Below, piece after piece: positions 1-10,357 of a stretch of DNA of 64,000 nucleotides. The notes beneath the pieces were generated by a model. It was given only the letters and a program-made list of their open reading frames with translations, was not told the origin of the DNA and did not search any database. A program made the position numbers and the translations under genes. Each line of letters opens with the position of its first letter. Within the stretch, counting starts at the first letter, position 1. Source of the DNA: Coniocarpon cinnabarinum (Eukaryota); the NCBI GenBank assembly GCA_051942205.1, contig JAVECO010000004.1:62001-126000 (forward strand), written 5' to 3'.

Positions 1-134
1 ATTTCGCAACGACGGAAAAGGTCATCACAGACTTACGTCTATACCAGACAGACGAACAACGTGTGCGCATCGACGGGAAGAAGACAGGCTTCATGATGTC
101 GCCAAAAAGACGCAGATAATTTGACGTTCCCACT

Positions 135-1646
135 TCAAAGTTGAAACTTCGTCCTCACCTTCTCCATCTTCGCTTTCCACTCCCACTCCTGTCCACTAAC
201 CCTTTGGATCCCCCGATCCACCCTCCGTAACTTCAACGTAAACCGCGGTCCCAACTCCTGCAACCCGGCCTTCACATTCTCGACACCTCTCACAGCCTTG
301 CCCGTTTCCGCATCGGTCACGCTCTTTTCCGTGGCGCGTTTATCTCGGAAGACGTAGCGATGCCGTCGCACGAAGATGTAGTCACGTTGGTTGTGCAATG
401 TGACCACTTGTCTGCCTGTGAGTTCTGGAGATGGCGGGAAGAGGGAGCGGAAGAAGTGCGCGGTCAGCAGACCAAGAGGTGTGCGGAAGTTGTTCAATAT
501 TAGTTCGGGGTGGTGGTCTGTGGGTCGACCGTGGCCTGGGAGACGTCTGCCGGGGATCCAATTCGTGATGGTGAAATGCAGGGTTGGGCCCGAGGGTAAG
601 TGTATCGCTGTTAAACCTGATGGGCGTTTATGATCTTCATTGAGGACAAGGAGAGTAGTGAAGTCGCGGTTCGAGGCGTATTTGGCGACTTCACGGAGGG
701 AGTAGTGGTGAGATCGGTACTTGTGGCGGGTGCGAGGGACGTAGGTGCTATTGGGAAAGAGATCGACGAGGAGGTTTGCTTCGCGGTGGACGGTCCCGAA
801 GAGGGAGGTCGTGATGAGGGCTTTGGGATTTTTATGTGGTTGTTCGAATAGAGTGGGGAACTTGGAGGATAGTGCGTCGGGAATGAGAGAGATTGCGGTT
901 GAGGTTGTGGATGGAGCTGGTGTGCGTGATGCCATCGAGGCGTTGTCGGCAGCATTTGGGTCGTCTTGGATTTTTGAAGCATCGTCGGGACCCTCTTCGT
1001 CCGAGACCTCTTGCAGAATGCTCTCAATATCGTCACCGTCGTCCTCGCCGTCCTCATCCGGGCCATTCTTGAGACTGTCGGCTTCATCGAGGTCTTCGTC
1101 ACCCGACTTTGTTCCGGGCTCCAATGCATCGCTGTGTACGGCTTCTCCTTGGACTAATTCATTCGCTTCATCCGTGAAAGGGGATTCATGGTCCTCATTC
1201 GCGGCCGCATCGGCTCCTTCGCTATCAGCTCCGGTGCCCCCAGCTTGAGCCTCGTTTTTCTGCGCTTCTAGATCGTCTTTCTCCTTGAGCTTGTCTTCCG
1301 TCAACCCCTCCTTCTCCGCTTTCTCGATTCTTTGTCTGACGCCGTCTAGAAGCTCATGATCTACTCGCTGGCGCTTCAGACTCCCTACGTCGACCGAAAG
1401 TCCCAGGCCAGAACCCTGGAGTTCTGCATCATCAATTTCGTCCCACCGTCGCTTTCTGTCCAGCGTAAGCGGGACGTTCTTCGTTTGTCTCTTGATTCTT
1501 GCATCTGGATCTTTGGCCTCGTCGCGTTTCCTCCGCATGCGAAAGTCTCGTCTCTGCGCATCTTTTGCTTTTTTAGCTTTTTGGTGAAGTGCTTGTCGTT
1601 GGAGCTTGTTCTGAGGCCTCGTGTCGCCCAGCCTATTTTTGGTCAT
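135..1646 (-). CDS. RPF1: Brix-domain 60S ribosome biogenesis factor Rpf1 (single exon, 503 aa)
   Basis: Basic N-terminus with KNVPLTLDRKR, then an acidic linker. The C-terminal Brix domain carries LPSGPTLHF, PELILNNFRTPLG, QVVTLHNQRDYIFVRRHRYVF and LQELGPRFTLKL. Confidence 0.93.
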   Translation of the reverse strand: MTKNRLGDTRPQNKLQRQALHQKAKKAKDAQRRDFRMRRKRDEAKDPDARIKRQTKNVPLTLDRKRRWDEIDDAELQGSGLGLSVDVGSLKRQRVDHELLDGVRQRIEKAEKEGLTEDKLKEKDDLEAQKNEAQAGGTGADSEGADAAANEDHESPFTDEANELVQGEAVHSDALEPGTKSGDEDLDEADSLKNGPDEDGEDDGDDIESILQEVSDEEGPDDASKIQDDPNAADNASMASRTPAPSTTSTAISLIPDALSSKFPTLFEQPHKNPKALITTSLFGTVHREANLLVDLFPNSTYVPRTRHKYRSHHYSLREVAKYASNRDFTTLLVLNEDHKRPSGLTAIHLPSGPTLHFTITNWIPGRRLPGHGRPTDHHPELILNNFRTPLGLLTAHFFRSLFPPSPELTGRQVVTLHNQRDYIFVRRHRYVFRDKRATEKSVTDAETGKAVRGVENVKAGLQELGPRFTLKLRRVDRGIQRVSGQEWEWKAKMEKVRTKFQL

Positions 1647-1701
1647 GTTCTTGACGCCTTGACTTTGTGGCTGCCCTAGAAATCTTCACAGATAAGAGAC
1701 A

Positions 1702-1717
1702 CGATGAGCATGAAATT
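1702..1717. promoter_or_regulatory. PAC-like (CGATGAGC) and partial RRPE-like (TGAAATT) motifs in the RPF1/GRS1 divergent promoter
   Basis: CGATGAGCATGAAATT lies about 60 bp upstream of the RPF1 ATG. PAC (GATGAG) and RRPE are the established yeast ribosome-biogenesis promoter elements. Function here is inferred. Confidence 0.35.
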
Positions 1718-2038
1718 CGTGCAGGCGGCTTTTACGCTCGACGTGCGTGTAACTAGTAGTTTCAACACGATAGTTTTTAGGCCCAGACAACTCCAGTGCT
1801 GAATAGCATCAGTTTAGCACTAAGTATTTGATGAGCTCTTCAGCTTTAACGACTTGTCTAATAATTTCGAGGATGGGTACCACAGCAATGGTTGGACAGT
1901 CTTCAATGCTGATGATCGTGGAGCTGCCAAGATTTCGCGGAGGCAGCTCCGAAGCCGCAACCTACATTGAGTACTAAACATCAAATGTCTCGATGCCCTT
2001 CGCCATAGACACAATTGAATCTGCAAGCTTACTTTTGT

Positions 2039-4180
2039 ATGCGGATAGCCTGCCGACGAGCAAGGCTTTATGCACTCCCTTGTTCCTCCGTCTACTTGCC
2101 GTTCCTTCTCCGTCGTAGCTTCACTGCTTCTGCGGAACTCGATCGCTACAATTTCCAGCGCAAACAACTGAATCCAGAAAACATGTCGCAAGCGAAATTT
2201 ACCAACAAGATGGGGGAGGCATTCGATCGGAGCTTGTTGGAGTCTTTAATGAAGCGTCGTCTATTTTATACACAGGCATTCGAGATCTATCAAGGTTCAG
2301 AGGGCATTGAGACGAGGGGACTTTTTGATTATGGACCTGCAGGATGCGCCTTGCAGGCCAACATCATTGAGCAATGGAGAAAGCATTTCGTATTAGAGGA
2401 AGATATGCTCGAGGTGGATTGCACAATGTTGACACCGCACGATGTGTTGAAAACAAGCGGGCATGTCGACAAATTTGCAGATTGGATGTGTAAAGATCCT
2501 AAGAACGGCGAGATCCTGCGCGCTGACCATGTGGTGGAAGAGGTGCTGGAGTCAAGGTTAGAGGGTGACAAAGCTGCTCGTGGACAAAAGGTAGAAGACA
2601 AGGCACAAGAAGAAGATGCAAAGAAACGGAAAAAGAAGGTCAAGGACACGAAAGCTGTGCAATTAGCGGATGACACTGTTAAAGAGTATGAGAAGATACT
2701 GGCGCAAATAGACAACTACGGTGGGAAGGATTTGGAAGAAATTATCAATAAGCACAGCATTGTCAACCCGTCGACTGGTAACAAGATGGAGCCGCCTGTA
2801 CAATTCAACCTCATGTTTCAGACACAGATCGGACCTCGGGGCGCCTCGAAGGGTTATCTCAGACCTGAGACGGCTCAAGGTCAATTTCTGAATTTTGCCA
2901 AGCTCCTTGACTTCAATCAACAGTCCATGCCTTTCGCTTCCGCATCAATTGGGAAGTCGTTCAGAAACGAGATATCTCCACGTACGGGTTTGTTACGAGT
3001 GCGGGAGTTTCTGATGGCCGAGATTGAGCACTTCGTAGATCCTGAGTCAGGCAAGAAGCATGATCGATTTCCAGAGGTTGCAGATATTGAACTTAGTCTT
3101 CTAAGTCGAGAGACACAGCTCGCTGGTAAGACCGAGGTAAAGACTGTCAAGATTAGCGATGCCGTAAAAGGCAAGCTGGTGGACAACGAGACTCTGGGCT
3201 ATTTCCTTGCACGAATACAACTGTTTCTAGACAAGCTAGGGGTGGATCGGCGGAAGCTAAGATTTAGGCAACACATGGCAAATGAGATGGCGCATTACGC
3301 TACGGATTGTTGGGATGCCGAACTGCAGACGAGCTACGGCTGGATCGAATGCGTTGGCTGTGCTGACCGCAGTGCATATGATCTCACTGTCCATGCCAAG
3401 CGTACAGGTGCGCCATTAGTCGTCAGGGAACCTCGCAAGGAACCTATTGAAATCGAAGACTACCAGGTGGAGATTGACAAGAAGAAATTCGGACCGAGGT
3501 TCAAGAAAGATGGAAAGGCTATCGAAGAAGCTATCAACAACCTCAGCCAGAACATGCGCTCAAAACTTGCAGTGCCCTTACAGGAGACTGGGAAGGTGGA
3601 TATCGAGGTGCCCGGCGTGGGCGATGGAAAGGTAGCCGTAGAGAAGGAATTGATGACCATTGAGAAGCGGAAACGAACGGAGCACACACGCGAATACACA
3701 CCCAATGTCATCGAGCCATCATTCGGCATCGGACGAATACTTTACTCACTCATCGAGCACAGTTTCTGGACCAGACAAGGAGACGAAGCTCGTGGCGTGC
3801 TGTCGTTCCCACCGCCGATCGCACCGACCAAGGTGTTGCTGGTCCCACTGTCGAATCATCCCGACTTTGCACCACTTGTGCGGAAACTCACAACTACCCT
3901 GCGGAGACAAGGCATCTCCAGTCGGGTTGACGACAGCGGCGCAAGCATTGGCAAGAGGTACTCGAGAAATGACGAGCTGGGCACTCCGCTTGGTATTACA
4001 GTCGACTTTCAAAGTCTGAAAGACAATACCTTCACACTGCGAGATCGTGATAGCACCAAGCAAGTGCGCGCGAAAGAAGCGGAAATTGTGGAAGCCATTA
4101 AGAGAATTACAGACGGCATCGAGAAGTGGAGCGACGTGCAAGGACGACTGCCGGTGTTTGAAGGACAGGAGCTTGATTGA
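2039..4180 (+). CDS. GRS1: Glycyl-tRNA synthetase (class II, alpha2 type). Long form from ATG 2039 with a putative mitochondrial presequence; short form from ATG 2183
   Basis: Motifs GLFDYGP, TSGHVDKFAD, YLRPETAQGQF, FRNEISPR and VIEPSFGIGR, plus the anticodon-binding SIGKRYSRNDELG. Intronless ORF. Confidence 0.97.
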   Translation: MRIACRRARLYALPCSSVYLPFLLRRSFTASAELDRYNFQRKQLNPENMSQAKFTNKMGEAFDRSLLESLMKRRLFYTQAFEIYQGSEGIETRGLFDYGPAGCALQANIIEQWRKHFVLEEDMLEVDCTMLTPHDVLKTSGHVDKFADWMCKDPKNGEILRADHVVEEVLESRLEGDKAARGQKVEDKAQEEDAKKRKKKVKDTKAVQLADDTVKEYEKILAQIDNYGGKDLEEIINKHSIVNPSTGNKMEPPVQFNLMFQTQIGPRGASKGYLRPETAQGQFLNFAKLLDFNQQSMPFASASIGKSFRNEISPRTGLLRVREFLMAEIEHFVDPESGKKHDRFPEVADIELSLLSRETQLAGKTEVKTVKISDAVKGKLVDNETLGYFLARIQLFLDKLGVDRRKLRFRQHMANEMAHYATDCWDAELQTSYGWIECVGCADRSAYDLTVHAKRTGAPLVVREPRKEPIEIEDYQVEIDKKKFGPRFKKDGKAIEEAINNLSQNMRSKLAVPLQETGKVDIEVPGVGDGKVAVEKELMTIEKRKRTEHTREYTPNVIEPSFGIGRILYSLIEHSFWTRQGDEARGVLSFPPPIAPTKVLLVPLSNHPDFAPLVRKLTTTLRRQGISSRVDDSGASIGKRYSRNDELGTPLGITVDFQSLKDNTFTLRDRDSTKQVRAKEAEIVEAIKRITDGIEKWSDVQGRLPVFEGQELD

Positions 4181-4971
4181 TCCATGACTTCAATGTATGG
4201 AATGCACATGCTCACTTGTGGTCTCTGCTTGGGTAGAGCCACCTTCGCAAGAACATATGCCAACATGCATGAAATGAATCAGAGAGATGGGGGCGCACGA
4301 ACTGATGCCAGTACCACAAGGCCTGAGAGCAAAAGCAATTGCCGCACGTTATGTCAGCAATCTGTGAGACACGAGGGGCTTTCACCATCGTGTCCATAGC
4401 TTTTTGGCCCGAACCTTTGTCATTGCACGGGCTCGCCGCCTGGACTGATATCCGGCTACACCTCTTGTTCGCGACGCTTGCTATGTTATGCATGCCTGAG
4501 ATATCAGGTACTAGTGCCGCTTGAGTAATATGTACCTACTCGAACATTATAACCAAAAGTTGTCATGCGGCGTAGCATTTTACGCTTCTTCTACGACCCT
4601 GTCTGTGTCTGCAATTCACAAGCTCGTCGCGCCGCCTTGCTTGAGCGCCACCAGCAACGCAGCGCCGCCCATTTTTTCGTATAGGTAGCTGTTGTAAACG
4701 CTAACAACAACTAGTACGTCAGTGCATCTCTTCGTTTGCAACGCCTGCACAGGCCGCTCTCACCTGCCTCACGACCCTGCAAGCTCAGCAACACTCTCTT
4801 GCTCCTGCTGTACGCCGCCTTTTCCGTGCTGCGGCTAAAGTACAGAGGCGCCTGTCGCTACATCATATGTTAGAGCCGATAGGTTCTCACATCATCACCA
4901 CCGCTATCGATATCGAATAAATACTCCGCATCGTCTTTCATTCATGTTTTTCATGCTTCGCAGCGCGTGGC

Positions 4972-7900
4972 ATGGACGATCCCTGGGACTGGTCTGTGGA
5001 TGATGTTGTTGCTCATTTATGCTATTCCCCCAACCACCTTTGGGCGGACCGAGGATCTTCTAGTGCGCTTCCCAACGTTGCCAAACTCGAGGAGGCGTTA
5101 CGCGAGAACGACATAAACGGCAGCTGTCTGCTCACAGATGTCGATTTGAACACGCTCAAAGCTGACTTGGGCATTCAGGCCCTCGGTCAACGGTCAAAAA
5201 TATTCAGGGCAATTAATGAACTTCGCGGCAGGTCGCCACGCTGGAAGTCACAACAAGCCCAGGATGAGTCACGTAAGCGGCAGATCAGCGATTTGGCCAG
5301 TGTAGCAAGTCCAGTGCCTTCGGTGGCCCTGACTCCTGATCCTGGACCTGCTCGTGTCCAGGACGTTCCGCGCTCCCAGGCATCGCTTCCCCATACCCCT
5401 CAACCTACTTCCGGCATTGCGCATCAAGGAGAGTCTTCTACGGCGAATGATGAAGTTGTAGCCAAAAAACGCAGGATCAACGTCCAGACTATGGTGCAAC
5501 CGCCGCAGTCCAATTTTGCTTATCTTGGACGAAAACCCCTCATAGCATCCGCTATTCTGACCTCTCAGTCAACCTCTCACAATCGTCATTACGACGATGA
5601 AAGCGATAGCGAGGACTTTACGCACATAGCAGAGTCGGAAACGCCGGCCTTGGGAAGTGCACTGTTTGTCCGTCGACGGATTCATGGAATGCTCCGTGCA
5701 GAGCCTGAGCTTAACAATTCAAAACAAATGCAACTAAATTTGTGCCCTGCAAGGCTGTGCAAAGGTCCCGTACCGTCTATCTCAGTACAAATGACCGAAT
5801 CACGCGAGAGTTGCACTATAAACAGAGAGAACAAATTGTCTGGAGCTGAAAGTGACGAGACATCTGGTAATGAGTGGGCCTTTGTGCTGGAAAACAATCC
5901 CGTGCAGACCGATGAAGATGCCCTGCCACTTTACGGTGATTCAGAAGATGAGGAAGATGCCCAGAGCCTGATGGAGGAGATTGAGCAAGACCATCGAGAA
6001 GCTGAGCCCGATTCGAAATATCTGAGCCTCGAGCAGGTTCGCAGCGCAATCGATGAGCGCATCTTCTCCTTCAAAGAAGATTGGAAAACTCGGAGTCTTC
6101 CTATGCTGGAGTATCGAGCACATGCGTATTGGCTGAACAGGGGCGCATCGCGCCACCTCAGCGCCCAAAGCGCAGTGAATGAAATTCAACGCAAACAGAG
6201 GATTCTAGACTCTCACATGGATGGCATCATAAACGACCGGTGGACAAAAGTGGAAAATCTGCGCAGTCAATGCAACTCCCTAGAGCTCGATGTCAAGCGT
6301 GTCTGTGAGCTCGAGTGGAAAGTTCAGCTTTGGAACCAGATAAGGCCTCCTCCGAAGCCAAACACAACACCTGCGATGCCAATAAGGCGCCAAAAAGTGT
6401 CAGACGATGATTCAATCGACCTCGCAAGCGAATCTGAGGGACTTGAAAACTTTGTGGAAGACGACGAGCGACCGCTAGCCCAAAGGGCAACTAAATTTTA
6501 CGGTACTCGTAATGACATGCAGCAGTCACCTCTGTCCCAAAATGGATCTCTAGGCATGAAAGACATCGACAGCGTCTTCGGCAATGATACCGAACGTGAG
6601 ACTCCAGTCGCCGCAGCAGAACCGGCGCAAAATGACGTTCCAATGATTGATCTGACGCAAGAACTCTCTTCTCCTCCGCGCGGTCCTGAACAAGTGGAGC
6701 TAGACAACAACGACATCCAAACTTTGAGCCTTTCTCCGCCTACAACTCCGCAAAAACCTGCTCCTGAGCCCTCTGTGCTAGCTTCGAGCTGGTTCACAGA
6801 GCCCCTGGATGCCACTCGAGAAGAGATTCTATCCTGGGACATGGATATCATAGTAGAACGGACTGACCGCAAGCGGCTCCTACTAAAATTGTTGCTTGAC
6901 TTGGACCTGACGTCGTTTTCTATTTTGAAGAGGCGTTTCGAGTTGCTGGATCAAGGTCCAGCTAACGCGTTCAAATTTGAAACTCGGCGAGCACTTGGAG
7001 AGCTGACGTCTCAAACCGGGTCATTGACTGGTCTGTCTGAAGATGGATACCTCGGAGCAACACTGCTTGCGAAGCTTTTCGTTTGCTGGGTTGATCCAGA
7101 CCCTGCACATTTCCTGGGTGATGTGATAGATGTCTCTGCGATCACCAAGGCGCGCAAGGTCGTGCAAGAGAACATCCTGGGGTACCGCACCTTTCTGAGT
7201 GGTGCACTTGGCGAAGAAGGTGCGGCTGCGCGAGAAAGTGACCTTGAAGATTCTGAGCAGACTCCTAGAAAGCGCCGTAGGAAAAAGGCCAGTGCACGTA
7301 CTGGACAAAAGCTCAGAGATGATGCGTGGCAACGTCGAGAGCAGGACCATGCCGCCGTGCAAAAGCTCAAATTGCACTCAAGTGATCTCAAAGAGGAGAG
7401 CGCGGATGGCCACATCATTAACCCTGCTGCAGACGAGAATGACTTCATCTACATTAGGAAGTCTTTGTCCGATGTTTTGCTGGAACACCAGATCGATGGT
7501 GTACGCTTTCTGTGGCGTGAAGTGATAACCGGCGCCGCCGATGAGCCAAGTGGTAGTGGTTGTCTCTTGGCTCACACAATGGGTCTGGGCAAGACCATGC
7601 AAACCATCACGTTTCTGTTGACAGTCATCGATACTCTTGCCAATAGCCGATTAAGTAGTCAGATTCCGCCGAAGCTGCGACCCCGCGAAGACAAATTTCC
7701 ACGGTTTATGGTGCTGTGTCCGCCGACTCTCATTCAAAATTGGCGTGATGAGTTCTGGAAATGGCTACCGCAGGAACACACCCTCAAGCATCATGTCCTT
7801 ATTGTCGACTCCACTGTTGATCTTTCAAAACGTTGCTTCTATGTGAACCTTTGGTATGATAATGGTGGGGTCTTGATCCTCGGCTACGAAATGTTTAGAG

Positions 7901-9714
7901 ACATCCTTAATGGCAAGATATCCAAGACCGAGAAACAACGAGAGGCCATGCAAGCAAAGGTAGAACGAGCAACACAACAGCTTTGTAGTCCAGTACTTGT
8001 TATCGCTGACGAGGCGCACAAATTTAAGGATCCTACGAGAGGGATTGGTCTGGCTATGGCAAAACTCGAAACCTTGAGTCGAATCGCCTTAACAGGGTCG
8101 CCCTTGGCGAATAATCTCAGCGAGTATTTCGCTATGATCAATTGGGTCGCACCTAACTACCTCGGATCTCTAATCGAGTTTAGAGAGACATTTCAGACTC
8201 CGATTGAGGACGGCATGTACGCGGATAGCACGAGATATGAGCAGCGGAAGTCTTACAAGAAGCTTGAAGCGCTCAAGAGTGAGGTTGAACCGAAAGTCAA
8301 CCGAAAAGACATCAGCTCGATCCGCAAAGACATACCTCAAAAGTCAGAGTTTGTTCTGCGCTTTAAGCTTACCAAACTTCAATTTGACCTCTACACCCGC
8401 TTTGTCAGAGCACTCAAGGGAAGAGAGGACCTTGTCAGCAACACAAGGCTCTTCGAATACATTAATACGCTCACACTGCTACTCTACCATCCCTATGTCT
8501 TTCTGCAAAAGTTGCGACAACGTGATGATCAAAAGAAAAGTGCGAAACCATCAAGCGCTGATGACGTTCCCCAGGACGTCGACGTGAATACCTCGAACCT
8601 CGATCTAACCAGCTCCATGTTGGACGAGATGCAAGAATATTTTAAAGACCTTCCAGAGGAATACCCACTGGACACACGGCTTTCACCCAAAACATGGTTT
8701 ATACAGCAAATCATTCAGTCAGCGCGTTCTGCAGGGGAAATGGTCTTGATCTTTACCCATTCCAGGCCTGTCCTTGATCACTTGCAGCGATGGGTGCAAG
8801 AACTTGGCATCAAAATGTGTCGACTAGATGGACAAACTGCCATGCCTGACCGTTTAAAGATGGCAAAAGAATTCAACGGGGGGAAATATGAAGTAATGAT
8901 AGTATCCACACGAGCTGGGGGGCTTGGCTTAAATCTTCCTGGAGCGAACCGCGTCATACTGGCAGACTTCTCATTCAACCCCAGTTGGGAAGAGCAGGCT
9001 GTCGGACGAGCGTACCGGTTAGGGCAGAAGAAGCCGGTCTTTGTGTACCACTTGCTATACAGCAGCACGTTTGAAGAGCCTCTGCATCAGCGCACCGTCT
9101 TCAAGAAGCAGCTTTCCGACCGCGCAGTGGACAAGAAGAAGTCGAAGCCCATGGCCACTAAGATAACAGAGTTTCTTTTTGAACCGGAACCTGAGCAGGA
9201 TGAGCTTGTGGAGAATGACAAGCTTTATGAGGAGTATAAGGGTCAGGATCGTGGTCTTGACGCCGTGCTGAATTCCGAGCAAAGATCCAGCATCCAGAAG
9301 ATAACTCCAACGGACATCTTCAACCAGAACGAAGACGAGCTCAGTCCTGAAGAGAAACTCGAGGTGAAGAAGGAGATCGAAATGTGGCGAGCCAAGGGGA
9401 CGGATCCAGCAAAATACGAGCAGATGAGGCGAGCCCAGGAAGCTAAAGAGTTGGCACGGCAGCGTCGCTATTTGGCCAATCCGGCAGAGGCCGCTGCCAG
9501 TGAGAACAGTCCTGTCAAGTCGGGTGCTGCAATGCCTGAGGTTATGGATACGACCGATACTCAGCTGGAAGAAATCTTTACCGCTGCGATGGAAGCAGTG
9601 CAAAGCGGCGCTGGTCAGGCCGAAATGGCATCCGCAGAAGGTGCAGGGGGTGGCGAGCAGGGAGGGGACGAGGAGTCAATCGAGCACTCTCCACCACCCA
9701 TGAAGCAGGCATAA
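4972..9714 (+). CDS. SNF2-family (ATRX/Rad54-like) helicase-ATPase with an N-terminal SAM-like domain, 1580 aa
   Basis: Helicase motifs HQIDGVRFLW, LAHTMGLGKT, IADEAH, ALTGSPLANNL, STRAGGLGLNL and QAVGRAYRLGQ. The N-terminus WDWSVDDVV...LRENDING..LL.....LK.DLGI...G.R..I...I..L fits a SAM pattern. Confidence 0.9.
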   Translation: MDDPWDWSVDDVVAHLCYSPNHLWADRGSSSALPNVAKLEEALRENDINGSCLLTDVDLNTLKADLGIQALGQRSKIFRAINELRGRSPRWKSQQAQDESRKRQISDLASVASPVPSVALTPDPGPARVQDVPRSQASLPHTPQPTSGIAHQGESSTANDEVVAKKRRINVQTMVQPPQSNFAYLGRKPLIASAILTSQSTSHNRHYDDESDSEDFTHIAESETPALGSALFVRRRIHGMLRAEPELNNSKQMQLNLCPARLCKGPVPSISVQMTESRESCTINRENKLSGAESDETSGNEWAFVLENNPVQTDEDALPLYGDSEDEEDAQSLMEEIEQDHREAEPDSKYLSLEQVRSAIDERIFSFKEDWKTRSLPMLEYRAHAYWLNRGASRHLSAQSAVNEIQRKQRILDSHMDGIINDRWTKVENLRSQCNSLELDVKRVCELEWKVQLWNQIRPPPKPNTTPAMPIRRQKVSDDDSIDLASESEGLENFVEDDERPLAQRATKFYGTRNDMQQSPLSQNGSLGMKDIDSVFGNDTERETPVAAAEPAQNDVPMIDLTQELSSPPRGPEQVELDNNDIQTLSLSPPTTPQKPAPEPSVLASSWFTEPLDATREEILSWDMDIIVERTDRKRLLLKLLLDLDLTSFSILKRRFELLDQGPANAFKFETRRALGELTSQTGSLTGLSEDGYLGATLLAKLFVCWVDPDPAHFLGDVIDVSAITKARKVVQENILGYRTFLSGALGEEGAAARESDLEDSEQTPRKRRRKKASARTGQKLRDDAWQRREQDHAAVQKLKLHSSDLKEESADGHIINPAADENDFIYIRKSLSDVLLEHQIDGVRFLWREVITGAADEPSGSGCLLAHTMGLGKTMQTITFLLTVIDTLANSRLSSQIPPKLRPREDKFPRFMVLCPPTLIQNWRDEFWKWLPQEHTLKHHVLIVDSTVDLSKRCFYVNLWYDNGGVLILGYEMFRDILNGKISKTEKQREAMQAKVERATQQLCSPVLVIADEAHKFKDPTRGIGLAMAKLETLSRIALTGSPLANNLSEYFAMINWVAPNYLGSLIEFRETFQTPIEDGMYADSTRYEQRKSYKKLEALKSEVEPKVNRKDISSIRKDIPQKSEFVLRFKLTKLQFDLYTRFVRALKGREDLVSNTRLFEYINTLTLLLYHPYVFLQKLRQRDDQKKSAKPSSADDVPQDVDVNTSNLDLTSSMLDEMQEYFKDLPEEYPLDTRLSPKTWFIQQIIQSARSAGEMVLIFTHSRPVLDHLQRWVQELGIKMCRLDGQTAMPDRLKMAKEFNGGKYEVMIVSTRAGGLGLNLPGANRVILADFSFNPSWEEQAVGRAYRLGQKKPVFVYHLLYSSTFEEPLHQRTVFKKQLSDRAVDKKKSKPMATKITEFLFEPEPEQDELVENDKLYEEYKGQDRGLDAVLNSEQRSSIQKITPTDIFNQNEDELSPEEKLEVKKEIEMWRAKGTDPAKYEQMRRAQEAKELARQRRYLANPAEAAASENSPVKSGAAMPEVMDTTDTQLEEIFTAAMEAVQSGAGQAEMASAEGAGGGEQGGDEESIEHSPPPMKQA

Positions 9715-10357
9715 GAGGGCGTGTGGATGTATATGAGGCATGATGCATCGGGCGGCGCACGGTGAGGTGGGAAACTTGACGATACCATGCATGAGATACC
9801 CCATGAACAGTACCATCGGCGTAGATAGACAGCAACGTTGCAGATACTCTGTGCGAGACAAGGGGTTCCTGGGCCTGATTCTGGTCGTCCTTTGGTGACC
9901 TGTTTGCAAGCATGTTATGTTGCTTACGAAGATTTCATAAGTAATGTCAGGACCCGAGCAAGTCAAGATCACGAAGCACGTATAAACAGGGTTCAGAGGT
10001 CAGAGGTCCTCGGCGATAGACAACTGGGCTTTTCGCTAACCTCGTCCCTGGCACACTAGTCTCGCGTATTTACTATATCGAGAAAAAGTCAATGGAGACT
10101 AACATCTAGCCTCCAGCCATCTTACTACGCCACTCCTCTCATTGGTGGAGTAAACTCGTGTGCTGCCTTATTCGTCAGGATCTGATTGTGGGGAAAATCA
10201 TCATCCTCTATTCACATTTCCGTATTCGCCTTCAGCTGCCCTCCTTCTTCTTCGCTATTCGCTTCTATATCCACCGCCGCAGCGCTCCTCTGCCTCACAC
10301 AGCAGAGTCCCGATTCCGCCTTGCCCCTTTGAACTTCCAGCATTTTGAACTTCCAGC

